Source of the DNA: a virus
Taxonomy: Duplodnaviria; Caudoviricetes
Strand: one strand, 5' to 3'
Virus record (IMG/VR): IMGVR_UViG_3300050019_000211
Coordinates: 1-51,893 of that record
DNA: 51,893 nucleotides
Shown here: positions 33,640 through 42,899 of the stretch, in pieces
Layout: every line of letters begins with the position of its first letter
Numbering within the stretch: the stretch's first letter is position 1
Notes under the pieces: generated by a model
What the model saw: the letters and a program-made list of their open reading frames with translations, nothing else
What the model was told of the DNA's origin: nothing
The model's database searches: none
Program-made: the position numbers and the translations under genes

Positions 33640-33640
33640 G

Positions 33641-34312
33641 TTATTTTGTCCCTTCCGTGGCCTTTTTCACCGCCTCGGCAAACACCTTTTCGGCCGCCTC
33701 GCCGGTATAGACCTTCTCATTCTGTCCTGGATGGGGCACGCCAGCGCCCAGCGGCCTTTCCCTGTCCATTTCCTGATGATTCTTCACCCACACCGCCCCC
33801 GTGGTTTCCAAATGGGTCGTGTAGAGGATTTGAGCCAAGCCCAGCGGAAAATTCAGCGGCGACCCCTTGAAATGCGACTGGATGAGCAGGGAATGGTGCT
33901 CTGTGACGTAATTGATGAGGCTCGCCAGTCCCGGCGCTCCGAAATAGCGGAACGGGATGCCGTGTTGCTTTGGCATCTTCGCCAGCGGCAGATCCCGGCT
34001 GCCGGCGGCGCGATAATCGCGGAAGATTTTAACCTGCTCTGCCAGCGCCTCTGCATTGGCGCGATGCACCCTGATGGCAAGATTGTATTTCGATAACAAG
34101 TTCAACCGGCCGCAGACTTCCACCGCCATCCCCACGGCGAGATTCTTGGCGTCACGGGAAAGTTCACCAAACGAAGCCTCTGTGTAAGTCGCCATCGGGT
34201 TGCCCTGCCGTATCAACGCCAGTTCGTGCCCAATGGCAAAGGTTTCCAGCTTTACGCCAAACACTTTTGCCGCCGGCGGCTGGAATGAATTGCAAAAAAC
34301 TTGGTCGTGCAT
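33641..34312 (-). CDS. putative tail assembly chaperone
   Basis: Between the tail tube and tape measure genes; VFGVKLETFAIGH motif. Confidence 0.55.
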   Translation of the reverse strand: MHDQVFCNSFQPPAAKVFGVKLETFAIGHELALIRQGNPMATYTEASFGELSRDAKNLAVGMAVEVCGRLNLLSKYNLAIRVHRANAEALAEQVKIFRDYRAAGSRDLPLAKMPKQHGIPFRYFGAPGLASLINYVTEHHSLLIQSHFKGSPLNFPLGLAQILYTTHLETTGAVWVKNHQEMDRERPLGAGVPHPGQNEKVYTGEAAEKVFAEAVKKATEGTK

Positions 34313-34321
34313 CTGTTAAGT

Positions 34322-34359
34322 AAAAGACGGCGGCTTCGGATTGCTCCGTTGCCGCCGTC
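34322..34359 (-). terminator. rho-independent terminator
   Basis: GACGGCGGC...GCCGCCGTC stem followed by TTTT on the minus strand, after the tail tube gene. Confidence 0.7.
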
Positions 34360-34378
34360 ATAAATTGTCAAACTGAAA

Positions 34379-34846
34379 TTAACCGACTATCGGAGCGCTG
34401 GTTAACGCCGCGTTCTGGCGGTCATTCAGATAGCGTTCCATTCCGAAATCAATTGAGGCGTTGTCGTCCATCTTCAAATTGATTTTGGTGCCGGATTTCA
34501 CGCGCCAGCTTCCGTTGAACGCCGCCACCTTGTAATTGGTAACCACAACCGAGAAAAGGGTGATGGCTTCACCGCAAACCGTCGCCGCGCCCGCGCGCGT
34601 GGCGGCCGAGGGAAAGATTTTCAGCGACCGCTCATACCGGAAATTCGTCTGCGTGAAATTCTGGATGTTTCCGGTCGTGTCCTTGTTGGACTTTTCATCC
34701 CAAGTCAGGGTGAGTTCGTCAGAATCAAATTCAAACGAGTCCAATCCGGCAATCGTTACGGTCGTGCCGTTGTTGGTGATGCCATACAGATAGCAGACTG
34801 CGCCAATCTGTTGCTCGACAATGTTGAGGGGTGAGGGTCCGGGCAT
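34379..34846 (-). CDS. putative major tail tube protein
   Basis: 155-aa beta-rich ORF followed by a terminator; synteny. Confidence 0.6.
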   Translation of the reverse strand: MPGPSPLNIVEQQIGAVCYLYGITNNGTTVTIAGLDSFEFDSDELTLTWDEKSNKDTTGNIQNFTQTNFRYERSLKIFPSAATRAGAATVCGEAITLFSVVVTNYKVAAFNGSWRVKSGTKINLKMDDNASIDFGMERYLNDRQNAALTSAPIVG

Positions 34847-34849
34847 AAA

Positions 34850-35032
34850 TTATTTGGTTGCGGATTGCGGCTTGGGCTTGGCCTCGGGTTTCGGAAAATG
34901 GACGGGACCGTAAATCCGGCCAAGGATCGGGTAAATTTCCGGCTGATGCAGGAACGCACACTTTTCCTCATGCGTTTTGAGCGCGCGGAATTCTTTTACC
35001 AGTTTCGCCAGTTGTTCAGATTCATCGGCCAT
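34850..35032 (-). CDS. small hypothetical protein
   Basis: MADESEQLAKLVKEF...; start taken at ATG 35032. Confidence 0.55.
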   Translation of the reverse strand: MADESEQLAKLVKEFRALKTHEEKCAFLHQPEIYPILGRIYGPVHFPKPEAKPKPQSATK

Positions 35033-35037
35033 AAAAT

Positions 35038-35433
35038 TTATTGTCCGTAGTTTCCGCCGACTTGGACGCTGTTGGTGGTGACGCATTGGACGCGGAAATA
35101 GTTAGTCACCGGCACCGCGCCGGCGTAAATGTATTCCGTGGCCGCATTTGTGGTGGTCGGATACCAAGTAAGAGAGTTGGTAAAATTAACCGCGTCGGTG
35201 GAAACCTGAATGTTGAGAACCAGCGCATTTATCGCCGTCAACGCCCCATGCTGAATAGTGAATTGCTGCAAAGTCGGGTTGTAGGTGAAACAGGCATTGG
35301 TCGAACTGTAGGCCGTGGTATTATTCACCGTCACCAGCGACCCGATGATAAGCACCGGCGCGGCCTGTGTCCGCGAAAGAAACGCGAAAAGCAAAAAAGC
35401 CAGAATTACAAGAAAGGCAGAAAATCGTTTCAT
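35038..35433 (-). CDS. signal-peptide beta-sandwich protein in the structural module
   Basis: MKRFSAFLVILAFLLFAFLSRTQA; IQVSTDAVNF...YFRV motif. Confidence 0.65.
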   Translation of the reverse strand: MKRFSAFLVILAFLLFAFLSRTQAAPVLIIGSLVTVNNTTAYSSTNACFTYNPTLQQFTIQHGALTAINALVLNIQVSTDAVNFTNSLTWYPTTTNAATEYIYAGAVPVTNYFRVQCVTTNSVQVGGNYGQ

Positions 35434-35453
35434 ATTCTGAAAAATGGCGGTAG

Positions 35454-35810
35454 TCAACCAAGTTGGACCCGTTTGACATGGCCTTGGAATGAAACGTCTC
35501 CGTTGGCGTGCTTTACAACGTGCAGATCAATTTCCGCCGCGTTCGTTTCCACAAATGACAACTCGTGATGCAATAATGCCTTGTAAGGGTCTTGCAGGTT
35601 GGCGTCCGCCGTGATCAAGTCCTTGAGCGGTTGAATCAGGTGTTTTTTGCCGTTAATGGCAAACAGCAGCGGGTGTTTCACTGGAGCAAACTGCGGGATA
35701 TGGGCGGGCAATTCCGGTTGCGGCTTCGTCGTGGTCGCTGGCACAGGCTTTGGAGTGGATGAAAAGGCATCTTTCGCAGGCGCGGATTGGGGTTCGGTTT
35801 GGTCTGGCAT
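35454..35810 (-). CDS. hypothetical protein
   Basis: MPDQTEPQ...; start taken at ATG 35810. Confidence 0.55.
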   Translation of the reverse strand: MPDQTEPQSAPAKDAFSSTPKPVPATTTKPQPELPAHIPQFAPVKHPLLFAINGKKHLIQPLKDLITADANLQDPYKALLHHELSFVETNAAEIDLHVVKHANGDVSFQGHVKRVQLG

Positions 35811-35814
35811 AAAT

Positions 35815-36393
35815 TTAATTCGGAAGCGGGAGGTTTGAGTGGCTGACAAAAGCGGACAGGTGGACGATTTCAACCCAGTTCGTGGTTGCCGTGTCGGTCC
35901 CGCGCGTGATGAGTGGCGTAGAAAACTTCACCCAGTCGCAGCGGAAATTCACCATGTCCAGGTTTGCTTTCACAATCAAGTCGGCCGCGTCACCGGGAGT
36001 TCCGTTTGGGTCCGGGGTGGCCAGCCATTGGCCTGCCTGTGTGATTGCATCCGCCAGCGCCTTCATGTCAGTGGCCTCTGGCTGGCCGCCAAGGTTCAGC
36101 GTGTCGAACGTGTCCCCAAGGTAAGCATCCAAATCTACGCCTGGCTGCGTCACTTGCTGGTTCGGCTGGGCTGCGGCCAAGAAATGATGTTGAATCTCCA
36201 TCTGACAGGTGCCTTCCGGCCGCCAGCCTCGCGTCGGATTGAATGCCCGGACAACAAAAGTGCGGTTTGGAAGCGTCCTCGACCGCGAATCATTGGAAAT
36301 GAAGGCATCATTCGCCGTTGCTTTGCCCTGCAAAAGCAGCAAAGCGCGCATCGCGCGCTCAAACTTGGAGGCCGGACTGATGAAAAACGCCAT
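35815..36393 (-). CDS. putative tail completion/terminator protein
   Basis: 192-aa ORF; synteny only. Confidence 0.5.
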   Translation of the reverse strand: MAFFISPASKFERAMRALLLLQGKATANDAFISNDSRSRTLPNRTFVVRAFNPTRGWRPEGTCQMEIQHHFLAAAQPNQQVTQPGVDLDAYLGDTFDTLNLGGQPEATDMKALADAITQAGQWLATPDPNGTPGDAADLIVKANLDMVNFRCDWVKFSTPLITRGTDTATTNWVEIVHLSAFVSHSNLPLPN

Positions 36394-36404
36394 TCAGAAA
36401 AGGC

Positions 36405-36433
36405 TTGAAGTCAAAAAAGAGATGTGCTATTGT
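36405..36433 (+). promoter_or_regulatory. sigma70-type promoter
   Basis: TTGAAG-N17-TATTGT upstream of the ATG at 36445. Confidence 0.55.
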
Positions 36434-36444
36434 CTGGAATCTAT

Positions 36445-36681
36445 ATGGCGCTAATTCGATGTCCAGAATGCGGCAAGGACGCTTCATCAAAAGCCGTGTC
36501 ATGTCCAAGCTGCGGCAATCCCATCAGCGCTAAATCCGGTCCGTTTGGTGGTTTTGAAGGAGGCGTGACAGTTCGGCCCGGTTTTTGGCATGACCGCAAC
36601 CTCGGCGCGGTCGGGTTTCTGGTCCTGTTTGTGATCCTGCTGATTGTCGCCGTCCGGCTGATGATGAAATACGGCGGTTGA
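36445..36681 (+). CDS. zinc-ribbon membrane protein (moron)
   Basis: MALIRCPECGKDASSKAVSCPSCGNPI plus a C-terminal TM helix. Confidence 0.8.
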   Translation: MALIRCPECGKDASSKAVSCPSCGNPISAKSGPFGGFEGGVTVRPGFWHDRNLGAVGFLVLFVILLIVAVRLMMKYGG

Positions 36682-36683
36682 AA

Positions 36684-37547
36684 TCACGGCATTACCAGCA
36701 ACCCCAGCGCCCGCAATTCCGGTTCGTCTTTCGCCCATTCCTGTTTTGCCGCCAATTGCATTTTCTTGTCAAATTCGCGGCTGATGGCGTTTCGTATCCG
36801 AGGCTCGGCAATCCGGTGGTTCGCCTCGTTGTATTTTTCGGAAAGCTCCTTGGTGGTTTCGTAGCCTGTGCCTAGAGTGTTTGAAACCCGGCAAACTGCC
36901 AGCGCAGAACCTTCTTTGGCCGGCGAAACATCCGCGAAATTCGTCATCATTCCACCACCTCCGAACGGGTTGGTATTTCCCATTGCGAACGGAATCAATG
37001 CGACCTTCAGATCAATCCATGATTTTTTGATGAACCCGGTGGATGAGTGCCGGGCCTTGACCATGCGCTCGGCGATTGGCCGGATGGCGTCCAAGGCTAG
37101 CGCAAATGCGCTTCCATTGGAAATGCCGTGTCTATAATCCTTTGGCATTGCGAATTGCTTGATAAAGGCGTGCCACCCGCCGGGGAATGACACCGGCCAC
37201 CTGTTGCCGGTCGAAAGGCTGTATTTCGATTGCGGGTTCATCCTGGCAATCGTGATCTTCATTGCGGCGCTCATGTCCGGCACCTCAACGTCCGATGCCC
37301 CGGATTTGAGCGGCATCCCCTTTCTCGGCCCGCGCGTGGACACTTGCGGCGTCGTTGTCACCTCCATGTCCGAATCAATCGTTGATTGCGCCACCACCGG
37401 AAATCCGCCGTCCGCGTCCACCACGTCCTTGATCACATGATAAGCCGTCGAATTGATGCAGCGCGACGGAGAGCGCTTGCTGTGGCGCAGCAGCACCATC
37501 TGCGCCCGCATCAAGTTTGACGTGTCCACCATGCAGGTCAGTTGCAT
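36684..37547 (-). CDS. putative neck / tail-component protein
   Basis: 287-aa basic ORF with RHSSTGFIKKSW; synteny. Confidence 0.55.
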   Translation of the reverse strand: MQLTCMVDTSNLMRAQMVLLRHSKRSPSRCINSTAYHVIKDVVDADGGFPVVAQSTIDSDMEVTTTPQVSTRGPRKGMPLKSGASDVEVPDMSAAMKITIARMNPQSKYSLSTGNRWPVSFPGGWHAFIKQFAMPKDYRHGISNGSAFALALDAIRPIAERMVKARHSSTGFIKKSWIDLKVALIPFAMGNTNPFGGGGMMTNFADVSPAKEGSALAVCRVSNTLGTGYETTKELSEKYNEANHRIAEPRIRNAISREFDKKMQLAAKQEWAKDEPELRALGLLVMP

Positions 37548-37561
37548 AAAAAATTAAAAAC

Positions 37562-37660
37562 TGGAGCGGGCGGCGGAATCGAACCGCCGGCGGGACGTGA
37601 ATTCAAGCCACACAGACAACGTGAAGCTGCGTCCATCGCCTCCTGGTCAAGCCAGCCCGC
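37562..37660 (-). ncRNA. tRNA-like element or pseudo-tRNA
   Basis: Minus strand ends GGCGG-TTCGATT-CCGCC-GCCCGC-T-CCA; 5' GCGGGC pairs with GCCCGC; D and anticodon arms are non-canonical. Confidence 0.45.
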
Positions 37661-37667
37661 ATAAAAA

Positions 37668-37973
37668 TCAAACCGACACCGGCTGTCCAGCGGCAGATTG
37701 CCGCCGGAACAGCGCATTGAACCGTTCCCGCGGCGAGTTCCGTTGCGCCCAGAAATTCTGGCAGCCATGCAGCGCCAGCACCGCCTCGCGCACCTCATTC
37801 CATTCCGGGATGCGTTTCACCACCGGCCTGGGTGACGGTTCAACCCGCCGCCGGACTTCGCCGCCCTTCGACAATTGCGTCTCGCACCAATAACAGAACT
37901 CGCACACCGATGCGTTGCCGTGCCGCCGAGTGGCCGGCAGCCCGCACTCGCAAATTTTATTTCCGTGTGCCAT
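37668..37973 (-). CDS. hypothetical Zn-finger protein
   Basis: CECG...CEFC. Confidence 0.5.
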   Translation of the reverse strand: MAHGNKICECGLPATRRHGNASVCEFCYWCETQLSKGGEVRRRVEPSPRPVVKRIPEWNEVREAVLALHGCQNFWAQRNSPRERFNALFRRQSAAGQPVSV

Positions 37974-38450
37974 TCAAAAATTGGTTGCAGCACTACACCA
38001 AAACGCCGCAGTCAAAAAACGCGCGGCATAAAACGGGTTGACTGGTGGTTTTCCAAGATTTCCGCAGGCGCACTCCAAGATTTCCGACTTAAAAAAACGC
38101 CATCCAAACGCCGCGATATGTGTGCAATCGCGCGGTAATTCAAAATGGCAACACTCGCAAACACATTGAAAACATTGGGTGAAACGTTCATTGTTTTCAC
38201 AATCACCGACGCCCGTCCCCACCAAGACCGAAAATCGAAACATCAAACCCATTGATATTATTGAGCTTTCAGCGCCACTTTTCCCGTGTAAAAGCCATTA
38301 AAAACATCACGCACAGGAGTTATTGGTGGTTCCGTAACTAGCTTGTGGTGCCTGGGGTGCAAAAGAATCCTTATGCCGGTGGGTAGTGGGTAGGTGGGCC
38401 ATGGCCAGTTGGTGCTTGCGAGCGTGGCGGCGGCGTGTTATGTTGACTTC

Positions 38451-38666
38451 GTGAAGCGTTCAAAATCTGTTGAAAAGAGATCCCGGCAGGCTAACTACCA
38501 GGCCCGCAAGCGCTCGGCCGGCTTATGTCCGTGTTGTGGCAGTGAACGGCTTGACGTGAACCGGCGAACCGGCAAGCCGTATTCGTTTGGCCCGTGTTGC
38601 CGTTCTGTCTTTAACAAACTTCAATCCGCGAAAATGAAGCGACGCCGTGCCGCTGGTTTGGCTTAA
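38451..38666 (+). CDS. small basic Zn-finger protein
   Basis: RKRSAGLCPCCG...PCC; GTG start just after TTGCGA-N17-TATGTT (38416-38444). Confidence 0.55.
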   Translation: MKRSKSVEKRSRQANYQARKRSAGLCPCCGSERLDVNRRTGKPYSFGPCCRSVFNKLQSAKMKRRRAAGLA

Positions 38667-38789
38667 CTAATCACATCAGCGAACCGGCGCAGAGCCGGTC
38701 GCTGTGTTCAGTGTTATAGTTGACAGCATAGAACGTGCCATTCCGTTCCTTTTGGGCGTAAAATATCTGCTCTTTTCCAAGTGTTATAG

Positions 38790-38818
38790 TTGACAATCTG
38801 CGGCGGGTGATTTAAGCT
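38790..38818 (+). promoter_or_regulatory. near-consensus sigma70 promoter for the plus-strand island
   Basis: TTGACA-N17-TAAGCT; 16-bp direct repeat AGTGTTATAGTTGACA at 38710 and 38780. Confidence 0.75.
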
Positions 38819-38873
38819 CTTTGTGACGGTAGAAATTAAACCATAGCCGAGCGGGCGTTAAACGTATCAAATA

Positions 38874-39131
38874 ATGAACGATCAAATCAAAATTGCTTTT
38901 CAACAGGGTTACGACGCCGCCAAAAATTACAGCGTTGCGGATGAGTTGCCCAGGAATCCGTATATCTCAACGTCAAACTGCGCGGATGCGTTCAACTTGG
39001 GCGTGCTTGCGTGCAATCGGCAAATGAAGCCGGATTGCCAGTTGCGGAAATCGCGCGGATACACTTGGTTTATGGCAGGTATTAAATTCCTGGTCGAGGA
39101 CGATTGCATCACTCAACTTTCAACCATATAA
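38874..39131 (+). CDS. hypothetical protein
   Basis: AFQQGYDAA...NPY...AFNLG motif. Confidence 0.65.
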   Translation: MNDQIKIAFQQGYDAAKNYSVADELPRNPYISTSNCADAFNLGVLACNRQMKPDCQLRKSRGYTWFMAGIKFLVEDDCITQLSTI

Positions 39132-39135
39132 CACC

Positions 39136-39408
39136 ATGACTGTTTATCTTACTCCAATTTTGATGCGTTCCTGCTTTTGCCAGGAGCGCGAAAATTTCAA
39201 GCGCGTTGAATTGCCAGTGGCTTTCAAACCGCGCTTTGAGTTTCGCGCGGGCGTTGAAACACTGGCCGCGAAAATCGGCGCAACTGACATTTGGTTTAAC
39301 CCGCGCGAAAAGCGCGCAACGGCGCTCTTGAAAAACTTTTGCAAGCATGGTGATATGCCAGTCACGTTTGACTGGAATTTATACTCAACTATGGTGGGTA
39401 AAATGTGA
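39136..39408 (+). CDS. hypothetical protein
   Basis: 90-aa ORF in the operon. Confidence 0.6.
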   Translation: MTVYLTPILMRSCFCQERENFKRVELPVAFKPRFEFRAGVETLAAKIGATDIWFNPREKRATALLKNFCKHGDMPVTFDWNLYSTMVGKM

Positions 39409-39515
39409 GTTAATCGCGCTTCAGTCCATCGGCGGCGGGCCGGTGGATTGAGCGCGGGGAATTCCCGCAAAAACAAAACGCCCCGGCGGGGTATCAAACA
39501 CGCATCAAACGACAA

Positions 39516-40610
39516 ATGAAAATTACAACTTACAACTTGAACGAAACCGGCGCGCTGGTCGAGGAACTGGCAACGCCGGCAACGCCGCTTGCCATCGGCC
39601 AAATTATCACTTATGAGGACCGCGCGAACCCGCGCCGCGAATTCGCCGTTCTCGGTCCTGTGCCGCCGTCTAATTGGACGCCGGCTGGAACCATGAGGGC
39701 ACTATGCCTGGAGGATGGACACGAAAGCCAGGTCCGCGAAGTGGACAACACCGGCTTTACCGGCTGGCAAATGGGCAACCGCATTTTGTCCGCCGATGAA
39801 CTACTAGACGCCATCCGCTCGGCGGGGGAAGCCAAGGCACGATTGAAAGCGGAGGCGGACGCCGCCGCGATTGTCGAGGCAGCCCGCAAAGCTGACGAAC
39901 GGGCGCAATGGGCGATTAAATTTGCTTTCCTGCAAACCACCGCCAGCGGTTGCCGGTGTCACGTCTTGGGCGCAAAGAACATCCGCGCCGAATTGAAACG
40001 CGCCTTTCCGGGTGTCAAATTCTCGGTTACGTCTGATAGCTATACGGGGGGAAATTCGATTGATGTCCACTGGCAAGCCGGGCCGATAACCGAGGACGTG
40101 AAGAAAATAACAGACAAATACCAAGAAGGCCATTTTGACGGGATGGAAGATATTTACGAAAGCAGCGGCGACATGTGGCCGGAGATTTACGGCGGCGCAA
40201 AATACGTTATGGAGGCGCGCGGCTTTCCGGCGGAACTGCACGAGCAGATCGGGCGCGGCTTATGCGCCTTGCAGCGCATTGAGTTTGACGGCCAATGGAC
40301 GCGCGGACTGCTTGGGGAAAATGATGACCGCGATTTGCAGCAACACGTCAACATGCTTTTGAGCCTGACAACCTTCGCGCCGGGCGCCATTGTGGCGGGG
40401 GTGGATCGCAGAGAAAAATCCGCCGAAGATGCCGCAACATGGAAACAGCTTTTCGAGAAATACGGCGCCGGATTTGCCGGGCCGAAGCGGGCGGAACTGG
40501 CCGCCGAGGATGAAACCGCGCTGCAAGGTTACGAGTCCAGAATGGGCGGCCATTGGTGCCGGATCGTGTTCCAATCCAATGCTGGGCAACGCAATCAGGA
40601 GGCCGCTTGA
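39516..40610 (+). CDS. LPD29 (large polyvalent protein-associated domain 29) protein
   Basis: AKNIRAELKRAFPGVKFSVTSDSYTGGNSIDVHWQAGP...KYQEGHFDGMEDIY. Confidence 0.8.
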   Translation: MKITTYNLNETGALVEELATPATPLAIGQIITYEDRANPRREFAVLGPVPPSNWTPAGTMRALCLEDGHESQVREVDNTGFTGWQMGNRILSADELLDAIRSAGEAKARLKAEADAAAIVEAARKADERAQWAIKFAFLQTTASGCRCHVLGAKNIRAELKRAFPGVKFSVTSDSYTGGNSIDVHWQAGPITEDVKKITDKYQEGHFDGMEDIYESSGDMWPEIYGGAKYVMEARGFPAELHEQIGRGLCALQRIEFDGQWTRGLLGENDDRDLQQHVNMLLSLTTFAPGAIVAGVDRREKSAEDAATWKQLFEKYGAGFAGPKRAELAAEDETALQGYESRMGGHWCRIVFQSNAGQRNQEAA

Positions 40611-40689
40611 CATTTTAACAATTCTGTGCCCTGCGGGCGCGCGGGGCACGGTTCAACAAACAACACGCACCAAAAAGAAAGAACAAAAA

Positions 40690-40794
40690 ATGAAATTGAC
40701 ATTCAAACAAATCGCGCGCATTGCGGCGCGGCTGGGAATGAGCATTCCCGCCGTCCTGCTCCTGCTCGCCAAAATGAACGGTGGGGCACGATGA
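40690..40794 (+). CDS. small hypothetical protein (34 aa)
   Basis: MKLTFKQIARIAARLGMSIPAVLLLLAKMNGGAR; ATGA overlap with the next gene. Confidence 0.5.
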   Translation: MKLTFKQIARIAARLGMSIPAVLLLLAKMNGGAR

Positions 40795-41381
40795 AAACCA
40801 ACCAAGCCAAAGTTTTGGAAGAACGGTTTTGGAACACCGTGGCGACCTGTTATGAAGTTGTGGGAACGGTCTCAAATCCATATTCGTGCAACCGGCAAAC
40901 CCCTTTTGCCGTCATCAAAAAAGCGCCAGGCGAAATGAAAACATTTTGCGGCGCTTTCAAACTCAAACGGGATGCAATCAAACACTGCAAAGAACTATTC
41001 TTTGCGGCAATGCACAACGCCAAAAGCGGAAAACCGCTTCCAGCCGCCGTGGGGAAATTGGACGCAAACCCGCTGCGGTTGCCATGGCGGGCTTTTGGCG
41101 GGATGGTGGACGGTTACGGCGTGGTGAACAGTGAAGGGCATACACAAATTGCGGCGGAAACATTAAACCGGGCGCAAGTGGATGCCATTCTCAACGGTGT
41201 TAATCACCGGGCGGACCTGCTGGCGGCATTGGAAAACTTCATTGCCACAGAAGCCGGTATGCCGACCACGTATCGGATGCCGTTGGCCGCCGAACAAGCC
41301 CGCGCCGCCATCGCCGCCGGCGTGGGGAAGTTTGCCGCGCTAAATGAATCAATGACCGCAACAGAACAGGGGGCCGCATGA
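40791..41381 (+). CDS. hypothetical phage early protein
   Basis: Start taken at ATG 40791; LPWR...DLLAALE...ARAAIA motif common in phage early proteins. Confidence 0.65.
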   Translation: MKTNQAKVLEERFWNTVATCYEVVGTVSNPYSCNRQTPFAVIKKAPGEMKTFCGAFKLKRDAIKHCKELFFAAMHNAKSGKPLPAAVGKLDANPLRLPWRAFGGMVDGYGVVNSEGHTQIAAETLNRAQVDAILNGVNHRADLLAALENFIATEAGMPTTYRMPLAAEQARAAIAAGVGKFAALNESMTATEQGAA

Positions 41382-42232
41382 GAACTTTTCTTTTACTTTT
41401 CATGTTTGGGAACGCACAACAATGCGAGGAAACGGTTCAATGCAAATCCAAAACGGCGGCGGAAAAATACGCGCGACAAATCGCCAAGCAACGTGGACAT
41501 CGCTTTTTAGAAGCAAGGGAGGCCGTAGGCACGCCCTACGATGGCGACGTGGGGAAATTGGCCGAAGTGCTGCCGCATCCAACCAAGCAAATCGTCAACC
41601 TGGCGACAATGCGCAATTACAGCGCGCAGGATTATCTCATCCAGCGTAAATTCGACGGCGAACTGGCGCGCGTGAACATCGCCGGCGCCGTCATCCTGGC
41701 CGAATTCATGCGCACCCCTATCAGCGGACACCACTATTCCAAGGCTGACTTTGAAATGTTCGCCCGTTTTCAAAGTGGCTGGTGGGCGGCGCTGACGGTT
41801 GCGGAATGGCGTGGGGAAAACGTGCTGCATTTGAGCACACGCGAACGCTGGGCGCTGCTGGACGCCGTCTGCAAGGACTTTACGCCAGACATCATCCTGG
41901 CCGAAGTGGTTACAGATGTTGACAAGTGTATGCAATATGGAGCGGAAGGCATTTGCGCGCACGACTGGAACGCGCCGTGGGGAACCATGCTGTGCTGCAA
42001 AGTGAACACAATTTACGAGTGCATCACCGGGCCGACAGGTTCAACCCAAAGCGTCGAGGTTTTTGATGCGGACACGGGCGCGGCGCGCGGGCGCGTGAAG
42101 CTTGGCGGGGGGAAATGTGACAAAATCAATGCCAGCGGCGGAAGCCGCATCCGCGTCGAAGGTTTGGGTCTGACCGACGACGGCAAGATCCGCGAACCAC
42201 GGCCGTGCAGGGAATGGTTTCTGAAAAGCTGA
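41378..42232 (+). CDS. minimal ATP-dependent DNA ligase-like protein
   Basis: Motif I QRKFDGE, EGI, downstream K, OB-like C-terminus VEGLGLTDDGKIREP. Confidence 0.65.
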   Translation: MRTFLLLFMFGNAQQCEETVQCKSKTAAEKYARQIAKQRGHRFLEAREAVGTPYDGDVGKLAEVLPHPTKQIVNLATMRNYSAQDYLIQRKFDGELARVNIAGAVILAEFMRTPISGHHYSKADFEMFARFQSGWWAALTVAEWRGENVLHLSTRERWALLDAVCKDFTPDIILAEVVTDVDKCMQYGAEGICAHDWNAPWGTMLCCKVNTIYECITGPTGSTQSVEVFDADTGAARGRVKLGGGKCDKINASGGSRIRVEGLGLTDDGKIREPRPCREWFLKS

Positions 42233-42333
42233 AAAGCTGAAAAGCTGAAAAGCTGAAAAAGAATTTGGGGCATTGCGGAGAAAACCGCTGAATAGACTGT
42301 GGACTGTGGACTGTGGACTGAAAACTGTGGACT
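42221..42333 (+). repeat. short tandem repeats (CTGAAAAG)x5 and (GACTGTG)x3-5
   Basis: Seen directly at 42221-42260 and 42295-42333. Confidence 0.9.
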
Positions 42334-42337
42334 TTTT

Positions 42338-42673
42338 ATGAGCTGGCAAAACCTCAACCTGGTGGGTGAAAAACTGTTCGAGGAACTGCCGGCGGGGGTG
42401 GACCCGGCCACGGCGCGGATCATCTTCAAGCTGATGGAGGCGCAACTGCTGCGCGAACAAATCGGAGGTGACGCCCGGCTGGCGGACGAACTGTTGAAAT
42501 CATTGCGTGGGGAATTTGAACCCGGAGGCGTGGCCATCATATTGCGCGCGGCCGAGCGGGCGGCACGCCGTGGGGAAAAGCGGCAACGCACCGTGGGGAA
42601 CCGGCAATCTGCCGGGGGACATGGCGGTGGAAAACAACAATCCAGCAATCCAGTAATCCATCAATCCGTCTAA
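42338..42673 (+). CDS. hypothetical protein with a repeat-encoded tail
   Basis: MSWQNLNLVGEKLFEELP...; (CAATCCAG)-like x4 at 42638-42669. Confidence 0.55.
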   Translation: MSWQNLNLVGEKLFEELPAGVDPATARIIFKLMEAQLLREQIGGDARLADELLKSLRGEFEPGGVAIILRAAERAARRGEKRQRTVGNRQSAGGHGGGKQQSSNPVIHQSV

Positions 42674-42712
42674 ACAAAAGGCCACTCCAATTGATGCTGG
42701 AGTGGTTTGTTT
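42672..42712. terminator. probable bidirectional terminator
   Basis: CCACTCCA/TGGAGTGG stem with A-rich and T-rich flanks between convergent units. Confidence 0.6.
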
Positions 42713-42899
42713 GGAACTCCAAAAATTACTTTGAAGGCTTCGGGGTGGGGATCGGAGCGGGAACCGGCTTCGGCGCTGGCGCCGGATTCGGAATGTTTGT
42801 ATTTTTATTCATAGACTTCATAATAGTTTTAAGTCAACTTTTTTTATATGCAAGGTGTAATCATTGCGGCGATGAGAAACCTTGGACTTCGGAATTATT

